From Octopus sinensis (lineage: Eukaryota), in NCBI RefSeq assembly GCF_006345805.1, contig NC_043013.1, positions 51,646,001-51,710,000 on the forward strand: a stretch of DNA of 64,000 bases, read 5' to 3'. Each line of letters begins with the position of its first letter. The stretch's first letter is position 1. Of this stretch, positions 1 to 11,198 are shown one piece after another. The notes beneath the pieces were generated by a model, which did not search any database, had not been told where the DNA came from, and saw only the letters and a list, made by a program, of their open reading frames with translations. The position numbers and the translations under genes were made by a program.

Positions 1-2157
1 TCCCACTCCCGTTGTTGAGGTGCCAGTCCCAAAACAAAACATGGAAAAACCCAGCCCCTGCACGCACAAGTCCCTACAAAAATAAAATTACCCAATCCCC
101 TTGAAAGATGTGACACCAACAGAAAACACTGTGTCAGAAAATATTGTCACTCACCCATCAGATGATAGCATGGAGGTATCAGATGGCGAATTCTCAAGTG
201 CGAAAAAAACGTTCCCGTGGGCCTTCCCCACTCACATCCCCCACACGCTACTCCTTAGAGAAGATTAGGAAACTTTATGGCGCAGGGGGAGCACTGGTGC
301 ATTTAGACCAGTCTAAGGCATTTGATAGGGTCGATCATCGGTACTTGGCGGCGGTCCTCGAGAAGGCTGGCCTGGGCCCGACCCTCCTCGGTTGGATTGC
401 TGCTTTGTACAGCGACATCGAGTCTGTCGTCAAGGTGAACGCGTTCTTTTCGAAGCCGTTGAAGATTGAGAGTTCGGTTCATCAGGTTTGGCCCCTGTCC
501 CCGCTTCTGTGTGTGTTGGCTCTTGGCCCATTGCTTCGGAAGTTGGAGGCGCTAGGGGGCGCGCCGCATTATCTACGGTGTGGAAGAGGAGCTACAGCGT
601 ACGCGGATGACATCTCCGTCATCGTGGCTGATGAGAGCCAGCTTTCCGTCGTGGAAGCGGAGCAAATGTTAACAGGGACAAGTCGGTCGGTTTGCAACTC
701 GGCACCTGGAGGGGCAAGCCGATGACGTCCAATAACGTCGTGGGACGTTGGACGGAAGGTGCTGTTAATTTGCTAGGAGTCTGGTTTGGCCCAAACCTCC
801 AGATAGAGAAGAATTGGAGTGAGGTAACCAGCAAGGTGACTGTTCTAACCCAAACTTGGTCTTGGCGAGCGTTATCCTTGCTAGGGAAGGCGGAGGTGGT
901 GCAGATGTTTATAGTATCTGTTATCACATACCGACTGACCGTGGTGCCTTGCCATGATTCCTGGCTGAACAAGTTGGAAAGAATCCTCTTCCGCTTTTTG
1001 TGGAAGGGAGGAAAACTACGTGTGAGGCGCTCTGTCTGTTGCCAAAAGCCACTAAAGGATGGGCTAGGGATCCCTTGGCTGAGGACGCGAAAACTCGCAT
1101 TAAGGCTGAGGCACCTCTGGTTTTACCTGGACGGAGAGCAGGTGTGGACACCGCACGTTCGGTTCTACCTTCCTCAGTTAACATCCTTAACGGACATTGG
1201 GGCATGGATCAAGCGGAGACTTAAACTGGGGGGATGGCATTTGGAGTGCCGTCAGGCACTACAGCTACTCTCTCGGGCGGGCAGTGCCGGCAACGGGAGT
1301 TCCACCGCAAATTTCTGTAGCGGGTTAGTGGAATTTATGTCTGAAGACGCCTTGGAGGAGGCTTTGGGCTACGATGAAAATCAATTGGTCAACCGGTTCA
1401 GGAGAACGTTCGGGCCGAGGTATCTGGATAATTACCAGAAATTCTTGGCCTGACAGTGTTTCCGTGCGGCATTACCTGTTTGTGATAACCTGTCAAGGCA
1501 CGGAAGTGCCGTCTCGCCGTCATACACGCGATGTGAGCAGGATAGGGAAACCGTGTTGCACGCATTCTTGGAATGTCCGGAGTGAACGAGACTGATAGCT
1601 TTCGCCGAACAACTGTTGCCAGTGATGGGAAGAGTACAGCTATCAGCTGAGTCTATCATCGAGATTGTGCCACCTCCTTTCCTCAACGGGGAAAGGAAGG
1701 CTTGTTTTTCCTGCGTAATATCCATACTGAAAGAAACAGTATAGAAGACGCGTATGAAAGGTATAGTGACAGGTACCTTTGCCTGGGGTCGGTCAACTTT
1801 TTAGTTACCCCCTCGGTAGTAAGATCAGGCTGGAGAAGAGGTGTCTCTCACGAGATATGTTTGTGAAAAGATGGAAGCCTGTGGTATGCAAGCTGGGTAT
1901 GAATGGCACCAAGTAGGTGGGGCCGGATTGAAGAAGTAAAGGCTCTACCCGGATGACTGGGTGCCTGTCCTTATAGTGATAATATCTTGTAAAAAACGGG
2001 AATTTTTATCGAAAACCATTGTACAATATTCATTCGTTTTATTCACTTCACTGTAATTTTACTGTATTTTTAAACGTTAAACTGCTTACCCTTTATTTTG
2101 TATGTCCTTGTTTGTCCCCTCTGTGTAATGCCTTAAATGGCAAATTATAAAAAATAA
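1..2157 (+). mobile_element. Decayed L1-clade (Tx1-like) non-LTR retrotransposon: probable ORF1 C-terminal remnant, RT, C-terminal Cys/His motif and 3' UTR
   Basis: RT motifs LDQSKAFDRVDH, (G)VHQ..PLSPLL and YADDISV in ORF 144-725. After a frameshift it continues as GANVNRDKSVGLQLGTW..LLGVWFG..LSLLGKAEVV..GLGIP (ORF 692-1453). A zf-RVT-like RCEQDRETVLHAFLECP lies at ~1527-1579, and an A-rich end at ~2145-2157. Stops and frameshifts indicate a dead copy. Confidence 0.9.
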
Positions 2158-3288
2158 ATGAGCTTGCTTACCAGGAGGCTTGCTACCTCATTGCGCATGT
2201 GCGAATCAGAGTTTGACACTGAAGCTGTAAGACGTGTCTTTGAAACCGTCTTAAATTGAAGATTTTTGAAACTCAGCTGTAAGGTAAGACATTTTTCCTG
2301 TCTGTTGTTTACAGCAATTATTTTCCAAAACAAGAAGTCCTCAAAGGATTCTAGTCTGCCTGAGGCTGAGTGAAAAATGTTTTTTTCGCTTAATTGTGAA
2401 AATTATTGGTTTGGTGGGCAAAATTTTGTTTGAAAATTTGTCCAGGAATAACTCCGTGGGAATTTTTAGAAAAAATTCCACAATATTGTTCCTGTCAAGG
2501 AGTACCCATGAAAAGAAAATTGGAAAGATTTTTTAACTGATTAACAATTGTGTTAACATTTTGGCCTGGTGTACCGAGTGGCCTTTGCTGTGATTTGAAC
2601 TGTTGCTCTCTCTTCATCTATCTTTTATTTTTAAAAAAACTGTTAATTTTTTTCTCTCCTTCCTTTTTGTTTGGATTTTTTACTCTTCCTTCTTTTTCCT
2701 TAAGTATTTTTATTTTAAGAACTGTATTTTTGTACTTTAAAAGAAAACACGGCAAATAACAATGGCAAGTTGGTGGAGTGGGAAATTACACCACCCAAAA
2801 GGTGGTTAAAAGAACTTCAAGCCCGTTACTTATTTTACCGATCGAAGTTGTTTTATAGAAATATTAACCAAGATAAATTAAAAGGGTATCTACAAAGAAA
2901 TTCCACGGTGATGTGAAACACTCATTACTCTCTTTTAATTGAAATGTAGTTAAGTTTCTCTTTAATTATCAGGAAAGGGGCACTAGAAGCACTTAAATAG
3001 TCTATAGATGAATGTAATAAAACGACAATATAGCGAAACTTAACTTACCATATTGGTAAATGTAATTCATTAATTCCCACCTGGGCGTCTATTTTCAAAT
3101 TCACTCAAGTGAAGATTCATAAACATTTTCCCTCGAGAGTCTCAACAGTTTTCCAATTTTCATTATCGTTTTTTTTTAATGTATCTTGGATTATTTTACT
3201 GATTGCAGAATAGACTCTAAGAGTCTTTGTTCAATCCATGTGCATATTGTCAATTTACTTCATAATTTATGTATCATATCTTAAAAAA

Positions 3289-3609
3289 GACTCCGCCGGT
3301 TACGACGACGAGGGTCCCAGCTGATACGATCAACGGAACAGCTTGCTCGTGAAATTAACGTGCAAATGGCTGAGCATTCCACAGACACGTGTACCCTTAA
3401 CGTAGTTCTCGGGGATAATCAGCGTGACACAGAGAGTGACAAGGCTGACCCTTTGAAATACAAGTACAACTCATTTTTGCCAGCTGAGTGGACTGGAGCA
3501 ACGTGAAATAAAGTGTCTTGCTCAAGGACACAACGCGTCGCCGGGAATCGAACTCACAACCTTACGATCATGAGCCGAATGCCCTAACCACTAAGCCACG
3601 CGCCCTCAC
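3289..3609 (-). mobile_element. tRNA-derived SINE, family B
   Basis: Minus strand has A/B-box-like TGGCTTAGTGG and GAGTTCGATTCC, then GTGTCCTTGAGCAAGACACTTTATTTCACGTTGCTCCAGTCCACTCAGCTG. A matching copy lies at 50264-50586 (+). Confidence 0.8.
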
Positions 3610-4413
3610 GTATCATATCTATATGTATATATAATATCAATATGCATAATACACATGCTAGCAGAAAACCGCCCTCTTCAAGTTCCAAATTTAAAACCAT
3701 CGAGACTTTATTCTGTCTTTCATTCTCTCGCGACCGATAAGATCAAGTGCCAACCACGTACTGGGGTGAACAAAGCCGACTATGACCTCCACCAAAGTGT
3801 ATGCCTTAGACACTTGTCGGAGTGTCATGTGGCACTTTTTCGATTCTTTACGTTGTTATTGCATATCTCGCCGTGGTCGACTTTACCTTTCATCTTTTCA
3901 AGCTCGATGAAATAATACCAGATGATCACTGGGGTCTATAGATTCAACTAAACTATACCCTCCCCTAAAATCTCAGGCCTTGTGTCTATAATAGAAAGGA
4001 TTATTATTATTATTTTATTGCCTTTGCACAGCTTCTAACGCTGGAGATGTACTACGATGTCAGCTGTTCACAACCGTGAACTTAGGTAACACACCTTAAT
4101 TTTCGAGCACTATCCGGAGTATTCGAAAGCATTATTTTAACACGGCGCACGGGCTTTTCCCTGAACCTAATATCATGCGGTGAGTCGGCTGAACAGTTAG
4201 CACTCCGGACACAGCGTTTAGCGGTATTTCGTCCGTCTTTACGCTCTGAGATGAAATTCCACAAAGGTCGACTTTGCGTTTCATCCATTCGGATCGATAA
4301 AACAAATACCGATTAAACAGTGGGATCGATGTAAACGCCTTCTTCCTGTACCAGCATTCGAAACCTACTGTCAGTAACAACATCAATAAATGTAGCTGCA
4401 ACAACAACAGCAA

Positions 4414-4553
4414 CAGTAGTAGTAGTTGTGGTGGTGTTGGCGGTAGTAGTTGTAGTAGTAGTAGTGGTAGTAGTTGTAGTAGTGGTGGTGGTGGTGGTTG
4501 TGGTGGCGGTAGTAGTTGTAGTGGTGGTGGTAGTAGTGGTAGTAGTAGTTGTT
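4414..4553. repeat. (GTA/GTG/GTT)n compound trinucleotide microsatellite
   Basis: Seen directly; it explains the poly-Thr and poly-Val ORFs. Confidence 0.95.
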
Positions 4554-4901
4554 TCTTCTTTTTGCAGTATTTCTATGATGTTAGGATATCTCGCTCCCAA
4601 GGTATTTCAGCCCCCACCGCCTTGTCTTCTGTCCCCACGCTGTTCATCAGCTGAGTTAACTGCCCCTACCACCCCGGCGCCCGCCTTCTGTCATACGGGT
4701 ACTTCATCAGATAACGGGGTAAATGGAGAACGGCTATAAAACTCAACAGCTTCTTACCAGCAGTGAGAGACGCACGCATACACACATGCACACTCGAACA
4801 TAAGTACGCACACATACACACATACACACACATACATGCACACATACACATGCACAAATATGTGTGTGAGTGTTTGTATACGTATATATACATGTGTGTG
4901 T

Positions 4902-4964
<63 letters not shown>

Positions 4965-5038
4965 GTAACCACATGTGTATCGTTGGCGATTTTAATTTCC
5001 TCTGTCTTCCTTTTCTATTGGACATTCCTCTGTCTCCT

Positions 5039-5072
5039 GTTTCTGAAGAAGAGCTTTGCTCGAAACGTAAAC
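5039..5072 (+). ncRNA. Minimal hammerhead-like motif (Penelope type), 3' side probably truncated
   Basis: CTGAAGA-A-GAGC(TTT)GCTC-GAAA-CGTA with palindromic ACGT stem III. Stem I is only ~2 bp before an RTE repeat begins. Confidence 0.5.
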
Positions 5073-5533
5073 GCTCAAATGGTGTTTTTTACGTGCCACC
5101 TGCAGAGGAGCCAGTCCAGCGGCACTGGCAACGACCTCCCTCGAATGTTTTTCCATGTGCTAGTAAGGCGACGCTAGTAACGATCATGCTAGAATGGTGC
5201 TTTTTACGTGCCACCGGCACGAAAGCCAGTCATCTGCTCTGGCAACGATCACGCTCGGACGGTGCTCTTAGTGCTCTACTAGCACGAGTGCCAGTCGTCG
5301 AATTTGTTTTCGATTTCATTTGCTTCAACAGGTCTTCGCAAGCAGAGTTTAGTGTCCAGTCAAGGAAAGGTACACATAAGTGGGCTGGTTAAACCCCTGG
5401 CATAGGCCATGGGTTATCGACTCACTTGGCTTGCCGTGTCTTCTCAAACACAGCATATTTCCAAAGGTCTCGGTCTAGGTGAGGCCTAATGTTCGAAGAT
5501 CGTACTTCACCGCCTCATCCCAGGTCTTCCTGG
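5073..5533 (-). mobile_element. RTE-like LINE 3' fragment with 3' UTR repeats
   Basis: Minus strand reads CCAGGAAGACCTGGGATGAGGCGGTGAAGTACGATCTTCGAAC (RKTWDEAVKYDLR), homologous to ~36661-36710, followed by GGTGGCACGTAAAA-type units. Confidence 0.7.
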
Positions 5534-5987
5534 CTTGTGAGTGGATTTGGTAAACGGAAAGTGAGAGGCCCGTCCTATATATATGTATATATCCATAAGT
5601 GCCTGTTTTTGTGTCTGTGTTTGTGTCCGCCCCCACACATCACCGCTTGACAACCAGTGTTGGTGTGTTTACGTCCCCGTAACTTAGCGGTTCGGCAAAG
5701 GAGACTGATAGAATAAGTACTAGGCTTACAGAGAATGAATCCTCAGGTCACTTTGTTCGACCAATGGCGGTGCTCCAACATGGCCCCAGTTTAAAAGAGT
5801 AAAAGAGTACATATTTCGGGATTGTCACAGAGAAAAAGAGGGGGACACTTTTTCTCTGTGTATGTATATACATGCATACATACATGCAAATCCACAAAAC
5901 ACACACATACAAAAATACAAACAATAAAAAGGCACGAAAATTACTAATTTTAAATCTCACAACGAGAGATATTCAGCAACAGTACTT

Positions 5988-6124
5988 TGGAGTAAAGATT
6001 GTTTGCCAACATAACATGGCAGTCCTGGTTTAGGGTGAATGTTGCTGTAAGTACAGTTAAACTACAGCAGCATTCGTCCTAAACCAGGAGTGCCATGTTA
6101 TGTTGGCAAACAATCTTTACTCCA
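5988..6124. repeat. Inverted repeat, ~62-bp arms, 13-nt spacer
   Basis: 5988-6049 is nearly the reverse complement of 6063-6124. Confidence 0.9.
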
Positions 6125-6230
6125 GTAAAAAGGTTATCGAATAAGACAATTATACATGCATAAAACTTAAAGTACGCATAAACATTTACAAAGACATCAA
6201 CATCCTTCAACACGTACAAACACATATTGT

Positions 6231-6599
6231 GGCACTCCGTCGGTTACTACGACGAGGGTTCCAGTTGATTCGATCAATGGAATAGCCTGCTCATGAAATT
6301 AACGCGTAAGTGCTTGAGCACTCCACAGACATGTGTATCCTTGACGTAGTTCTCGGGGAGATTCAGTGTGACACAGAGTGTAACAATGCTGGCCCTTTGA
6401 AATACAGATACAACAGAAACAGGAAGAAAGAGTGAGAAAAAGTTGTGAAAGAATATAGCAGGATTCGCCGCCACCCCCTGCTGGAGCCTCGTGGAGCTTT
6501 GGGTGTTTTCGCTCAATAAAAACTCGCAACGTCTGGTCTAGGAATCGAAACCACGATCCAACGACCGTTGCCCTTACCACTGGGCAATTGCGAATCCAC
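6231..6599 (-). mobile_element. tRNA-derived SINE, family C (head shared with family D, tail shared with family B)
   Basis: Other copies at 43023-43391 (-) and a partial one at 9166-9388 (-). Confidence 0.75.
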
Positions 6600-7062
6600 T
6601 ACAAACACGTAAAAGAAAATCACTACACAGTATAAATATCTCTGCGAGACACAGCAGCCAAGTCTTCCTTATATATCTCACGGAATGGTCATAGTTAGAA
6701 CGCCTTTAGTCATTACTCTCGTCCAATCAGAACTGATCTTAACAGCAAAGAAAAAAACAAGTCTCTACATTTCTGTGTACCACACCCGATTTTAGATATC
6801 CTTTAGGGTAATGAATTGGAGAACAGGGCCCACAGGGACTAAGTCTAGAATTTGAAATATCCATAGTTTTAGTTCTGTGTCAGTTGTAACTGACTAAAGA
6901 GACTTAGTGTCAATGTTTAATGAGACGACGCTTAACTTCACTTTTACACTACTCAATCTTTTAGATGTGGAATTATTTAGGGTCGGATCTGTTATTCTGA
7001 GTCGTGATTTGGCATGAAAGTAAACATGTAGCATCACATGACGCCCTGTGGTTGTTTGTTTG

Positions 7063-7105
<43 letters not shown>

Positions 7106-7221
7106 TGTGTGTGGGGGTGGTGCTTGTGCGTACGCGTGTGTATGCAGGCGACGAAGGCTAACAGTCCGAAACTGCAAAGACACAATGGTTTCTTTTTCTT
7201 ATAGAAGTTTAATAAATAAGG

Positions 7222-7604
7222 CGCAGGCGTAGCTGTGTGATAAGCAGATTCCTTACTAACCGTATGGTTCCGGGTTCAGTCCCACAGCACAGCAACTGGG
7301 ATAAGTATCTTCTACTATATCCATGGGCCAACCAAAGCCTTGTGAGTGGATTTCGCAGATACAAACGGAAAGAAACCTGTCATATATGTATGTATGTGTG
7401 TGTGCGTGTGTGTCTGTGTATGTGTGTCTTTGTTTCTGTGTTTGCCCCCCCCCCCCCCGTTTGCTAACCGGCATTCGTTTGTTTACGTTCCCGTGACCTA
7501 GCGATTCGGCAAAATAAAAACCGAAAACATGCCAAAGTTTTAAAATTCTTCAGGGTGGTGCCCCAGCATGGTCGCCGTCTAATGAGCGAAACAACTAAAG
7601 ATAA
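7222..7604 (+). mobile_element. SINE family A with internal microsatellite
   Basis: Head GCTGTGTG..AAG...GGTTCAGTCCCAC, internal (TG)n, tail similar to GGTGCTCCAGCATGGCCGCAGTC. More than 15 copies or fragments occur in the window. Confidence 0.8.
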
Positions 7605-7978
7605 AATATAGAAAACGTACCAAAAGGTTTTGAGTGATACTTCAGTTTAACGTTAATTTGTACAGTAGAACCTCGCAGTACGAATGCTCCACTATACGAG
7701 TAATTTGCTGTACGAGCCGAGACCCGTACGAATTTATGTCTTGAAGTATGAGTGAAAATCCGCAGTACGAGCACACAAATCGTTCCCCTCTTTAAGGTAA
7801 TTCAGTTTATAAAACCAGTTTACAAGTTTCTTTTACATTCTCATTTTTATAATTGTCATTTTACTTGTAGCTACACCTTTGTGCTTTAAAACCCATAAAA
7901 AATTATTTTTGTGTGGGTTTTCGAGGGCTGGAACGGTTATTATATTTTAGTTAATTTCAATGGGGGAAATTGAGTTGT

Positions 7979-8085
7979 GTACTAGCTACACCGGTACATA
8001 TCCTAAAATTAGAACAAGACAGAGAAGATTAGTATGGCCCTGCGCAAGGATGACACGCAAATTTGTGAAGGTTTCCATATTTTTT
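7979..8085 (+). pseudogene. U6: U6 snRNA retrocopy, full length, diverged
   Basis: GTACTAGCT...TACATATCCTAAAATTAGAACAAGACAGAGAAGATTAGTATGGCCCTGCGCAAGGATGACACGCAAATTTGTGAAGGTTTCCATATTTTTT aligns end to end with U6 (ACAGAGA box, ISL region, 3' oligo-U). It sits inside a DNA transposon rather than behind a U6 promoter. Confidence 0.92.
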
Positions 8086-8391
8086 GAGGAGGTATATGGC
8101 CTAGTGGTTAGAGCAGCGGACTCGCGGTTGAGGGATCGCGGGTTCGAATCTCAGACCGGGCGATGTGTGTGTATTTATGAGGGAAACACCTAAGATCCAC
8201 GCGGCTTCGTCAGAAGGTAATGGCGAACTCCTGCTGACTCTTTTGCCACAACTTTCTCTCACTCTTTCCTCCTGCATCTTACAGCTCTCTTGCGACGGAC
8301 TGGCGTCCCGTCTAGGTGGGGAACCTATACGCCAAGAAAATTGGGAAGCCGGCCCTATGAGCCAGGCGTGGCTCGAGAAGGAACAAACAAC
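8086..8391 (+). mobile_element. tRNA-derived SINE, family D, full length, fused to U6
   Basis: A/B boxes TGGCCTAGTGG and GGTTCGAATC; tail GAACAAACAAC. A second copy without U6 lies at 22696-22990. Confidence 0.85.
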
Positions 8392-8916
8392 AAATTGAGT
8401 TGTAAAATGAGTAAATCATAAGACGAGCTCGGTCATGGAACGAATTGAACTCGTACAACAAGGTATCATTGTATTTTTTTATTTTTATAATGCGAGACGT
8501 CAAAGAATGAATATAAAGGAATTTTATTACATTTTATTGTGCTATAAAAACAGACCGAAAATAATAAGAGAATATCATTGACGAGGTCGCGAATAGCAAT
8601 GAAAGGATTGGCAGAGAACACTGGGTGATTGTATGTATGTCATTGTTCAGTTTTATTTCAATATTTCTTGCCAATAGTGAAAGAGCCGGTTTCTAACCTA
8701 GATCCAAGGCTCCTTCATTGGAATTTCAACATCATCAACAGGGTATTTTTGTTTGCATCTACGTACGTACGTACGTATGTATGCAGATTTGTATGTTTTG
8801 TCTTATGTATGTATTCTCAGGCATATAGTTGCATATCTAGAAATGTTCATATGATAGATTGTTAGCTCTTACACGCATTTTTTTCTCTCTTTGTTTCTCT
8901 CCTTTTTTTCTGTGTA

Positions 8917-8954
8917 TCTTTCTGTCGAAGAGCGTAGGCTCGAAACGTAAAAGA
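8917..8954 (+). ncRNA. Minimal type I hammerhead-like motif with variant core CUGUCGA
   Basis: TCTTT-CTGTCGA-A-GAGC(GTAG)GCTC-GAAA-CG-TA-AAAGA. It lies in a ~190-bp repeat (8850-9047) also found at 49392-49578 and 57616-57800. Confidence 0.65.
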
Positions 8955-9552
8955 CTTTTTTCCATTCCTGAGCGCTATACTAATACATTTTTTTGTTTGT
9001 ACTCCACCTGCCTTCGTCTTTTGCTTATTTTCGTAAACTTTCCCTTTATATATATATATATATATATATATATGCATCACCGTAATCACCGTGACCGACC
9101 AGGCTATCAGATATTGCTACACATCGCTGGTCAGAGTGCGCTTCGCATTGTTTTAGCCTTCAAATGACGCCACCCTGCTGGCTAAGCGAGAAGGCCAACA
9201 GAAGAAAGAGTGAGGGAAAGTTGTGGCGAAAGAGTACAGCATGTATCGCCACCACCCCGTGCCGGAGTCTCGTGGAGCTTTAGGAGTTTTCGCTCAATAA
9301 ACACTCACAACGCCCGGTCTGGGAATTGAAACAGCGATCCTATGACTGCGATTCTGCTGCTCTAACCACTGGGCCATTGCGCCTCCACATATATATATAG
9401 TTATGGTATATTCTGTTAAGAAACTAGTAGAGTACAGTATAAGACTCGTCCGCCTTCAGATTTCACCCTGTGCCATCCACTAGTTGTATCATATGTACCT
9501 CCGTATTTGCTTTTGGGCTTCTATCGCGTGTGAATAGATAATTGAAAAAAAA

Positions 9553-9710
9553 TTGGAATCAACAAGGATTACGGTTGGAGATTTACTTCCAATCACTACA
9601 GTTGTTTCTACGCAACGTAGAAGTACCAGCACACCTAGAGAACTACGTTGCGCAGAAACAATTGTAAAGATTGAATATAAATGTCTAACTGTATTCCTTG
9701 TTGACTCCAA
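9553..9710. repeat. Imperfect inverted repeat (~68-bp arms) containing a decayed hammerhead-like remnant
   Basis: 9553-9620 versus 9643-9710. The right arm has GAAACAATTGTA, a palindromic stem-III-like motif. Confidence 0.75.
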
Positions 9711-9716
9711 AATTTT

Positions 9717-9816
9717 NNNNNNNNNNNNNNNNNNNNNNNNNNNNNNNNNNNNNNNNNNNNNNNNNNNNNNNNNNNNNNNNNNNNNNNNNNNNNNNNNNNN
9801 NNNNNNNNNNNNNNNN
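9717..9816. other. Assembly gap (100 N)
   Basis: Run of N. Confidence 1.
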
Positions 9817-10199
9817 TCTATTGCTGTCCGGCAATGTTTATTCAGATGCATTTTTGTGATATTGGGCGTGAAAATACCTTAAGCTAAGCCTGAAAGCAAT
9901 GAAGTCATAAAAAAAATCATCCATAACTTGCAGTAAGCAACATTTATTAAAATAAAAGTATTCAGAACACAGAATAACATGTAACAAAAACAATTTGCAA
10001 ACATATTTACATTCCCATTATTGTATTACGCATGCGCGCAAGTGTTTGTTCGACTAAGTGCTGCTGGCTTAATTACGCACGACTCAAGTTAGAGAAGTGG
10101 TGCGTATTATAAACAAGGTTTAGGTTTTTCAGAGGTACAGCCCCCTAAAAATCCCCTGCGTATTATACTCAAGGGCGGACTATACTCGAGGATTTACAG
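9817..10199. mobile_element. Tigger/pogo-like DNA transposon end
   Basis: Terminal CTATACTCGAGGATTTACAG followed by TA, preceded by sub-terminal GCGTATTATA repeats. The other end is lost in or before the gap. Confidence 0.55.
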
Positions 10200-10204
10200 T
10201 ATAG

Positions 10205-11125
10205 AAGAAGTGTGAGGAAAATATTTTCGGTTCAGGTTGAGTTCATGAAATGTCATTGAGGTAATTAGCTCATGTGCAGTACCAGTTATTATCAGATATG
10301 GAGCTGGAATTGTGGACCGGACAAAAGACGAAATGCAGAAACTTAACAGAAAACTAGAAAGCTGTCGACTATGTGTGGGGCCCACTATCCGAAAGCTGAT
10401 ATCAACCGGTTATACATGAAAAGAGACAAGGGTGGAAGAGGTTTAATTCACGTGGAACAGTGTGAGCGGATGGAACGAAACAGCTTGGTGATTTACATGA
10501 CAGAACAGAAAACTTAGTAAAGGCGGTGAATTAAGAACAAGTGATCAAGAGGAGAAAAGGAGAAAAGAAACAAAAACGAAATTCTAAGAGTTAAAGAGAT
10601 TGAAGAGAACCCTTTGCATGGTCAGTTTTGGGAAGCCACTGAGGCTGTATGGGGTTTGGTTGGGCTTGGTTGAAAAGGAGTCATTTAAAAAAAAAAAAAA
10701 CAGAAAAGGAAAACAAACTAAGAGCCTTATTATAGCTACTGAAGACAAAGCGTTACAAACAAATAATTTGAGAGATACATGTTTGGGGTGAATGTAGAGT
10801 ATGTGGAATTTGAGATGAAACAATGAGACACCCTGTTGCAGAATACGCAACATGGCTCAGGGAGAATATAAGAAATGGATTCATGATCAAGCTGTGAAAT
10901 ATTTATATTGAAAGCTTTGTGAAAAATTACGGAGGCAGGGAGTTGAAGCAGGAAGTACAATCAGTGGGTAAAAAGGGTTCTTGAGTATCCCATTGAATCG
11001 GAGAAGAAGATGGAACATAAGCTAAATATAGAAGTTACTGATTGATCCATCATATCGATTAGGGTTCGGAAGAAAGAAAAGTTGAAAAAATACGATCCCT
11101 TAAAATTTGAGATTGTGAAGATTTG
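10205..11125 (+). mobile_element. Decayed R4/Dong-like non-LTR retrotransposon fragment
   Basis: Reading across frameshifts gives AVPVIIRYGAGIVD..RKTRKL..GAHYPKADINRLYMKRDKGGRGL, LHGQF, TKSLIIATEDKALQTN, CRVC and HD. This is the post-RT/CCHC region typical of the R4 clade. Confidence 0.75.
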
Positions 11126-11198
11126 GATGCATATATGGGTACAGGACATCAAAAAGACGTGAACAAAGCGAGAAACGAGACAAGAACCATGAAGAACA

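Larger units (their letters stand above)
7663..8471. mobile_element. Tigger/pogo-like non-autonomous DNA transposon interrupted by the U6-SINE insertion
   Basis: TA flanks at 7661-7662 and 8472-8473. Degenerate TIRs CAGTAGAACCTCGCAGTACGA and (reverse complement) CAATGATACCTTGTTGTACGA match at 14/21. Confidence 0.6.

Noticed and set aside
4640-4745. Two minus-strand CTGATGA motifs and a TATA-like CTATAAAA in a GC-rich patch
   Set aside because: No properly placed GAAA or stems for a hammerhead, and no supportable downstream gene for a promoter call.
7979-8085. Functional U6 gene
   Set aside because: It has substitutions in conserved positions and a disrupted 5' stem, lies inside a transposon and is bounded by a TSD.
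8089-8160. tRNA genes (also ~20447-20510, ~22698-22770, ~3535-3605)
   Set aside because: A/B boxes are present but no convincing full cloverleaf, and most continue into multi-copy SINE bodies.
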